Shown: piece by piece, positions 58,105-64,000 of the stretch | Position numbering within the stretch: position 1 is the first letter of the stretch | Layout of the letters: each line of letters starts with the position of its first letter | Assembly: GCA_963810925.1 (NCBI GenBank) | Contig: CAWEPF010000002.1 | Span: 28,233 to 92,232, forward strand | Direction: 5' to 3' | Origin: an uncultured Chloroflexia bacterium | GTDB lineage: Bacteria > Chloroflexota > Limnocylindria > QHBO01 | Length of the DNA: 64,000 nucleotides | Made by a program: the position numbers and the translations under genes | The notes under the pieces: generated by a model | What the model was told of the DNA's origin: nothing | The model's input: only the letters and a program-made list of their open reading frames with translations | The model's database searches: none

Positions 58105-59068
58105 CTAGGAAGCCGCTCCCCGCTTCTCGCGCCACGCGGCGACGGCGAGGTCCGCGGTCGCCAGGTCCTGGATGGACAGCCCAACGCTCTTGAACACGGT
58201 GATCGCCTGTGGATCGCGCGAGGCGGCCCAGTCGCGGCTCACGGTCCCGATCTCCACCACGTCGGCCGCTGCCAGCTCGCCCCGCGCGATGGCCGCGGCC
58301 AGGTCCCCGGCTTCGGCCTCGGCCGCGCTCCGCGAGTCGACCGCAACCACCGATGCCCGCCCCCAGACCGCGGGCGGAACCTCGACCATCCCCATCCGGA
58401 ACGAACCGATGGCGTTGACGTGGGTTCCCGGCTCCACCCAATCAGCCTCGAAGACCGGCGTTTCCGATGGCGTCACGCTGCAGATGATGTCGGCCCCACG
58501 GACCGCCTCCTCGGCGGTGTCCACCGCCCGGACGGTCACCGGCGAGCACGGCGTCCATCCGCTCCGCGAACGCCTGGCGCGGTCCCGGCGTGCGGGCAAA
58601 GACGCGGACCTCGCGGATCGGGCGCGCGGCGAGCACCGCGCGAATCTGGGGCTCGGCCTGGACGCCCGCGCCGAACAGCGCCATGACCGACGCATCGGGC
58701 CGGGAGAGGAGCCGCGCCCCGACCCCGGACGCGGCACCGGTCCGCAGGGCGGTGACCGTCGGTCCATCCATCTGGAAGGCGGGGACCCCGGTCTGGGCGT
58801 CGAACCAGGTCACGAGGCCCTGGATGGTGGGCAGGTTGCGGGCGGGGTTGCCCGGGATCCAGGTGATCAGCTTGACGGCGGCGCCGGCCCCGCCTTCCCG
58901 TTCGGCGGGCATGAGGACCAGCAGTCCGCCGCCGGGCAGCTCGAGATGCTGGCGGAGTGGCGAGTGGTCGCGGCCTGCGGCCACGTCTCGGTAGGCGTCT
59001 TCGATCGCGTCCAGCAGCCGGTCCATGGGGACCAGCGCCTTGAGCTCATCGGCGTCGATCAACTGCAT
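58105..59068 (-). CDS. ornithine cyclodeaminase / mu-crystallin family protein; one frame interruption
   Basis: ORF 58442..59068 (…TALRTGAASGVGARLLSRPDASVMALFGAGVQA...) and ORF 58105..58767 (...VTVRAVDTAEEAVRGADIICSVTPS...GTHVNAIGS...KSVGLSIQD) join near ~58543. Confidence 0.75.
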
Positions 59069-59107
59069 CGGCGCGGCGAGTCCTGCGATCGGTTCGGGTG
59101 CGCTAGG

Positions 59108-59218
59108 GTTAGAAGAAGGTGTCGAGGGGGTTCGGCGTCCCCAGCACGAATGAGGCCCCGATGATGATCACCAGAATGGCGGCCGCGAAGACCCCCATCC
59201 ACTTCAAGACGTCCCACA
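59108..59218 (-). CDS. possible 36-aa small membrane protein (below ORF-track cutoff)
   Basis: The minus strand reads ATG...TAA, encoding MWDVLKWMGVFAAAILVIIIGASFVLGTPNPLDTFF: one clean TM helix. No obvious SD. Confidence 0.3.
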
Positions 59219-59248
59219 TGGTTCACGGATTCTAGGGGCACCGCGCAA

Positions 59249-60473
59249 GTGCCCCTCGCGCGGAGGCTTCAGCTCCGCCTGTACGACACCCGCCGCGCGG
59301 CCGTGGTTCCGTTCGAGCCACTCGGGGACGGGCCGATCGGTCTGTACGTGTGCGGCATCACCCCATATGACACGACCCACCTGGGGCACGCCTTCACGTA
59401 CCTGGTATTCGACGTCCTGCAGCGCTACCTGGCCTACCACGGCCACGAGGTCACCTACGTCCAGAACCTGACCGACGTGGACGACGACATGCTCCGTCGC
59501 GCCCGGGAGCTGAACGAGGACTACCTGGCCCTGGGCACCCGTCACGCCGAACGATTCCTGGCCGACATGGCCGCGCTCAACTGGCGCGCGCCGGCCGTTC
59601 TGCCCCGTGCCACGGAGCACATCTCGCAGATGCAGGCCATGATCGAGCGCCTCCTTGCCAACGGGCACGCGTATCGGTCTGACGGGTACGTCTACCTGGC
59701 CGCTGCGGCGGATCCAGGGTGGGGCTCCCTGTCCCACGTGCCAGCGGCCGACCAGCTGGCACTGGCCAACGAGCGGGGCAACCGCGCCGACCTGCCGGGC
59801 AAGCGTGATCCCATCGACCCGGTCCTGTGGCAGCCCTCCGCCCCGGACGAGCCGGCGTGGGAGGGGCCCTGGGGAGCCGGGCGGCCCGGCTGGCACATCG
59901 AGTGCTCGGCCATGAGCGTGACCCACCTCGGTCCACGGTTCGAGATCCACGGCGGCGGGGTGGATCTCGCGTTTCCCCACCACGAGTCCGAGCGGCTCCA
60001 GTCCGAGGGAGCGACCGGCCGAGTCCCCGGTCGTGGGCCATTGGGTCCACACCGGCATGGTCCACTACGACGATGCGAAGATGAGCAAGTCGCTCGGGAA
60101 CCTGGTCATGGTTCGCGACCTCCTCCGTGACTGGTCCGCCGACGTCATCCGGGTCGCGCTCCTCGACCATCGGTATCGCGAGGACCTGGTCTGGACCGAT
60201 GCCCGCCTGACCGATGCCCAGGCGACCGTTGACCGCTGGGCAGCCGCGGTGACCGCCGAAGGCGCCTCCGGATGGACCGATGCCGACCCACTGCCGCCGC
60301 CGGTCGACGCCCTGCGCGAGCGGGCGCTCGGCGCGCTCGACGACGACCTCGATACGGTGCGCATGATCGCCGTCCTCGACGAGCTGGCCGCCCTGCGCGA
60401 CGCGGCCGCGTCCTCCGTCCTGGCCGACCTGTCGCGATCGGTGCTCGGCCTGCGCCTGGATCCCGTCGCGTGA
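59249..60473 (+). CDS. mshC: cysteine ligase of the MshC / CysRS-like family (most like mycothiol ligase MshC); one frame interruption
   Basis: ~408 aa total, the size of MshC rather than CysRS. CGITPYDTTHLGHAFTY (HIGH), ERGNRADLPGKRDPIDPVLWQ, GRPGWHIECSAMS, and FPHHE are in ORF 59249..60130. VHTGMVHYDDAKMSKSLGN is in ORF 60033..60473. Shift near ~60025. Confidence 0.65.
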
Positions 60474-60979
60474 CCGACGAACCCAACGTTCCGCTCAGCG
60501 TGCAGCTGGGCGAGGTCGTCCCGCCCGAGGATCCGGAGGACTGGCGGAAGCCGCTGACCTGGGTCGTGGCCGTCGGGATGCTGGCCGCGCCTCTCTGGGC
60601 GGCGGTGTGGTTCGTGTCGGCACCGCCGGTCGACCCGTACGCGGCACGACCCGGGACCGCCCTGCTGGCGGTGGCTGTCGCGGCCGGGGCCGCGGTGGTG
60701 GGGGCGAGCCAGCGCGGCGCCCTGCGCGCGCTGCTGGGAACCCTGGGCGCTGGGCTGTTCGCCGCCCTTGGGGTGATCGTGGTGGCCAGCGTGATCGGCG
60801 GCGGGACCGGCATGGGGACGGCCGTCGTGGCCGCGACCGGCGGGATGATCGGCGCCCTGCCCGCGGCCGCCCTGGGCGCCGCCCTGTCATCGGCCGGTCG
60901 TGCGCGCCGCTTCCTGTCGCCCGCGATCGCCGGCGGCCTGACCGCCGTGGCGGCCGTCCAGGTGCTGCTGAGCCTCTAG
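60470..60979 (+). CDS. hypothetical membrane protein
   Basis: The GTG at 60470 overlaps the mshC stop (GTGA), within ORF 60272..60979. 169 aa with four Ala/Gly-rich hydrophobic helices. Confidence 0.45.
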   Translation: MTDEPNVPLSVQLGEVVPPEDPEDWRKPLTWVVAVGMLAAPLWAAVWFVSAPPVDPYAARPGTALLAVAVAAGAAVVGASQRGALRALLGTLGAGLFAALGVIVVASVIGGGTGMGTAVVAATGGMIGALPAAALGAALSSAGRARRFLSPAIAGGLTAVAAVQVLLSL

Positions 60980-62016
60980 CTCGGCGCCTCGCCTCCGCGG
61001 TCCGCCGGTCCGCGGTCGATCGGTCCGCTGCCGACCAGGATGCACGCCGCCTCGTGCCCGGGTCCGACCGTGGTCAGGGCCGGGTCCACCGTCTTGCATC
61101 GGTCAATCGCGACCGGGCACCGCGGATGGAACCGGCAGCCACCCGGAATGCGCGCCGGATCGGGCGTCTCGCCGGACAGGACCTGGGGCCGCTCGCGGGC
61201 CGACGGGTCGGTGGTGGGAACCACCGACAGCAGGGCCTTGGTGTACGGGTGCTGCGGATCGCGCAGGACCGACGCGGTGTCGCCCGTCTCGACGATGCGC
61301 CCCAGGTACATGACCGCCAGCCGATCGGCGTACGCGGCCACGGTCGCCAGGTCGTGGGTGATCATCACGATCGCGATCCGCTCCTCGGTGGCGAGGCGGC
61401 GGAGCAGGTTGAGGATCTCGGCCCGGATGGACACGTCGAGCATCGAGACCGGCTCGTCGGCGACGAGCAGTCGCGGCTCGAGGGTGAGCGCGGCCGCGAT
61501 GACCACCCGCTGGCGCTGCCCGCCGGACAGCTCGAACGGGTAGCGGTTCTCGAAGACCTCCGGCGGCGCCAGTCCGGCCAGGGTCAGGGCGTGGCGGATC
61601 CGGGCGTGCTCGTCCTCGGTCCCGCTCGCCACGTGATGGACGCGCAGCGGCTCCCCGATGATGTCCGCCACCCGCATCCGCGGGTTCAGCGACTCGTACG
61701 GGTCCTGGAAAATCATCTGCGCCGCCCGGCGCAGGGCCGCCATCTGGCGCTTGTCCATCTCGTCCAGGCGCGTGCCCTCGTAGGTCACCGAGCCGCCGCT
61801 GAGCGGGATGAGGCCCAGCAGCAGGTTCCCGGTCGTCGTCTTGCCACAGCCCGACTCGCCGACCAGGGCCACCACCTCGCCCGGCGAAACCGACAGCGAG
61901 ATCCCGTCCACGGCGCGGACCGAGGGCACCGGCCGGCGGCGCAGCGTGTCCATGAACGAGCGGTGGCCCATGAAGCGCGCCTCGAGGTCGGTGGCGGCGA
62001 TCAGCGGTTCAGCCAC
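60976..62016 (-). CDS. oligopeptide/dipeptide ABC transporter ATP-binding protein (OppF/DppF-like)
   Basis: 346 aa. Walker A GESGCGKTT, signature LSGGQRQRV, Walker B LLVADEPVSMLD, and C-terminal oligopeptide-type extension with CRFHPRC. Confidence 0.85.
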   Translation of the reverse strand: MAEPLIAATDLEARFMGHRSFMDTLRRRPVPSVRAVDGISLSVSPGEVVALVGESGCGKTTTGNLLLGLIPLSGGSVTYEGTRLDEMDKRQMAALRRAAQMIFQDPYESLNPRMRVADIIGEPLRVHHVASGTEDEHARIRHALTLAGLAPPEVFENRYPFELSGGQRQRVVIAAALTLEPRLLVADEPVSMLDVSIRAEILNLLRRLATEERIAIVMITHDLATVAAYADRLAVMYLGRIVETGDTASVLRDPQHPYTKALLSVVPTTDPSARERPQVLSGETPDPARIPGGCRFHPRCPVAIDRCKTVDPALTTVGPGHEAACILVGSGPIDRGPADRGGEAPS

Positions 62017-63976
62017 GGGTCGCGTCCTTCGGGTTCACCGCCGGTGCGTTCGGATCCAACAGGTAGCACGAGGCGGCCCACCGGTCACCTACCTGGTAGA
62101 GCGGCGGATGGGCGGTGTCGCATCGCTCAAAGGCGTGCGCACAGCGCGGCGCGAACGGGCATCCCGGGGGCATGGCGTCGAGCCGCGGCGGGGTGCCGGG
62201 GATGCCACGCAGCTCCCGCTCCGGATGGGCGACGTCCGGGAAGGCGTCGAGCAGGGCCTGCGAATACGGGTGCTGCGGGTTCGCGAACAGCGACCGCGCC
62301 GGGGCGTCCTCGGCCACCCGCCCGCCGTACATGACCACCACCCGATCGCACACCTGGGCCACCACGCCGAGGTCGTGGGTGACGAGGATGGTGCTCATCC
62401 CCAGGTCGCGGCTCAGGCCGGCCAGGAGCTCGAGGATCTGGGCCTGGATCATCACGTCCAGGGCGGTGGTGGGCTCGTCGGCCACGATGACGTCCGGCTG
62501 GCAGGCCAGGGCCAGGGCGATCATCGCCCGCTGGCGCATGCCGCCCGAGTAGGTATGCGGATACTCCCCGGCCCGCGCGGCACCGATGCCGACCCGGTCC
62601 AGCAGCTCGCCGGTCTGCCGTTTGGCCGCCTTCTCGTCGGCCCCATGGTCGTGAAGCCGAATGGCCTCGCTGACCTGGTCGCCCACCGACTTGACCGGGT
62701 TCAGCGCGTTCATCGCGCCCTGGAACACCATCGACAGCCGGGTCCAGCGGAACTCGCGCAGCTCGTCGGGCGAGAGCGACAGGAGGTCCTCCCCGTCGAA
62801 CACGGCCTGGCCGCCCACGACGTGGCCACCGGGCGGCAGGAGGCGCAACAGGCCGAGCATGGCCGTCGTCTTCCCGCTCCCCGACTCCCCCACCAGGCCC
62901 AGCGTCTCGCCCCGGGCCAGGTCGAAGCTCACCTCGTTCACGGCGCGCACCGGGCCGTCTGGCGTGTCGAACTCCACGCTCAGGTTCCGGATGGACAGGA
63001 GTGGCGCGTTTGGGCTCGGAACGATGGCCGGCAGGGGCGGCGACTCCGGGCGAATGACGTCCTGGCGCCCGGACTCGAGGTGGTGCCGCTTGAGGCGCGG
63101 ATTGAGGATGTCCTCGAGGGCCGTCCCCAGCAGGGTGGTCCCCAGCACGACCCACACGATGGCCAGGCCGGGCGGGATGAACGCCCACCAGGCGCCGGCC
63201 GACATCGCGCCGCGCGAGAACGCGAAGTTCAGCATCTTCCCCCAGCTGATGACGGTCGGATCGCCCAGGCCCACGAAGGCCAGGGTGGACTCGGACAGGA
63301 TGGCCAGGCTGATGACCAGGACCGCATTGGCCAGCATGAGGGGCAGGACCAGCGGGACGATGTGGCGGCGGATGATGTACCAGTCCGAGGCACCGATGGC
63401 GTGGGCACGGGACACGAACTTCCGCTCCCGGACGGTGAGTGACTGCGATCGGATCAGGCGCGCGGTCGTGGTCCAGCCCAATACACCGATGACCGCGATG
63501 ATGGTCAGCAGGCTCGGCCCCAGGATGGCCACCAGCACGATCTGGAGCGCCAGGTCGGGGATGACCAGGAAGAAGTCGGTGAAGCGCATGAGCGCGCCGC
63601 CCGTCCGGCCGCCCTTGTAGCCGGCCACGATCCCGATCGTGCCGCCGATGACGATGGCGATGGCCGCCGCGGTGAAGCCCACGATGAGGGACACGCGTGA
63701 TCCGTAGATGAGGGCGGACAGGACGTCCTTCCCACCGTCATCGGTCCCCAGCGGATGCTCGGCTGAGGGAGGCTGGTAGATGTCGTTGATCGTGACCGGC
63801 GGGGTCGCGAACGGGTCATACGGGGCGAGCACCGGCGCGAAGATCGCCACGAACAAGGTGAACCCCAGCATGATCAGGCCCGCCAGTCCGACCGGGTGGT
63901 GGAGCAGCGTCCGCAGCGCGCCGCGCGGGGCGGCGATGCCCGTGGGTCGGGTGGCGACTTCGGCGACGGCGGTCAT
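62009..63976 (-). CDS. fused Opp/Dpp permease (OppC-like) and ATP-binding (OppD-like) protein
   Basis: 655 aa. The N-terminal ~300 aa are a permease ([22 protein letters not shown]-like [20 protein letters not shown]). The C-terminal ~340 aa are an ATPase ([37 protein letters not shown]). Confidence 0.8.
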   Translation of the reverse strand: MTAVAEVATRPTGIAAPRGALRTLLHHPVGLAGLIMLGFTLFVAIFAPVLAPYDPFATPPVTINDIYQPPSAEHPLGTDDGGKDVLSALIYGSRVSLIVGFTAAAIAIVIGGTIGIVAGYKGGRTGGALMRFTDFFLVIPDLALQIVLVAILGPSLLTIIAVIGVLGWTTTARLIRSQSLTVRERKFVSRAHAIGASDWYIIRRHIVPLVLPLMLANAVLVISLAILSESTLAFVGLGDPTVISWGKMLNFAFSRGAMSAGAWWAFIPPGLAIVWVVLGTTLLGTALEDILNPRLKRHHLESGRQDVIRPESPPLPAIVPSPNAPLLSIRNLSVEFDTPDGPVRAVNEVSFDLARGETLGLVGESGSGKTTAMLGLLRLLPPGGHVVGGQAVFDGEDLLSLSPDELREFRWTRLSMVFQGAMNALNPVKSVGDQVSEAIRLHDHGADEKAAKRQTGELLDRVGIGAARAGEYPHTYSGGMRQRAMIALALACQPDVIVADEPTTALDVMIQAQILELLAGLSRDLGMSTILVTHDLGVVAQVCDRVVVMYGGRVAEDAPARSLFANPQHPYSQALLDAFPDVAHPERELRGIPGTPPRLDAMPPGCPFAPRCAHAFERCDTAHPPLYQVGDRWAASCYLLDPNAPAVNPKDATRG

Positions 63977-64000
63977 CGGCTCATGCCTCGGTCACTCGTG

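Overview
This is a very GC-rich bacterial chromosomal segment. Its gene content (an MshC-like ligase, dodecin, class I LysRS, H+-PPase, a split acyl-CoA mutase) suggests an Actinomycetota-like lineage, but that is inference only. Most of the window is housekeeping and central metabolism, in order: aroE', tdk, tRNA-Ser, then a greA-lysK-serS operon; uppP, hppA, lepB, ndk; an M16 peptidase operon; coaX-coaBC-panC-like; two GDH paralogs and a thiolase; a folE-PCD-icmB-meaB-hbd-fadD operon; an osmoprotectant-type ABC transporter; icmA; a ferric-reductase-like/ApbE cluster; a DUF2339-like giant membrane protein; mshC; and an Opp/Dpp transporter. I found no rRNA, CRISPR array, transposase, integrase or recognisable defence genes. 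The stand-out region is ~19.9-27.9 kb. It holds a head-to-tail array of three ECF sigma factor / single-pass membrane-protein cassettes plus a fourth sigma-less membrane protein. Together they carry nine copies of a ~170-180 aa extracytoplasmic domain (GYE-x3-P-x2-W ... C-xn-C ... HDGRP ... FRFLD) that I cannot assign to a named family. The cassettes share a conserved 32-nt leader box, and the array is bracketed by a thiolase gene and a ~105-nt remnant of a thiolase 5' end. Secondary observations: (1) a GDH paralog lacking catalytic Lys residues, in an operon with an adenylate cyclase and an ICM-type mutase subunit; (2) a PanC homolog with degenerate active-site motifs; (3) an FRD-like/ApbE cluster with no obvious flavinylation target. 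About 25-30 single-nucleotide frame disruptions affect otherwise well-conserved genes, including serS and lysK. Their distribution is uneven, so many coordinates below span apparent frameshifts that need checking against reads. All calls come from reading the translations and DNA by eye; no database search was run.
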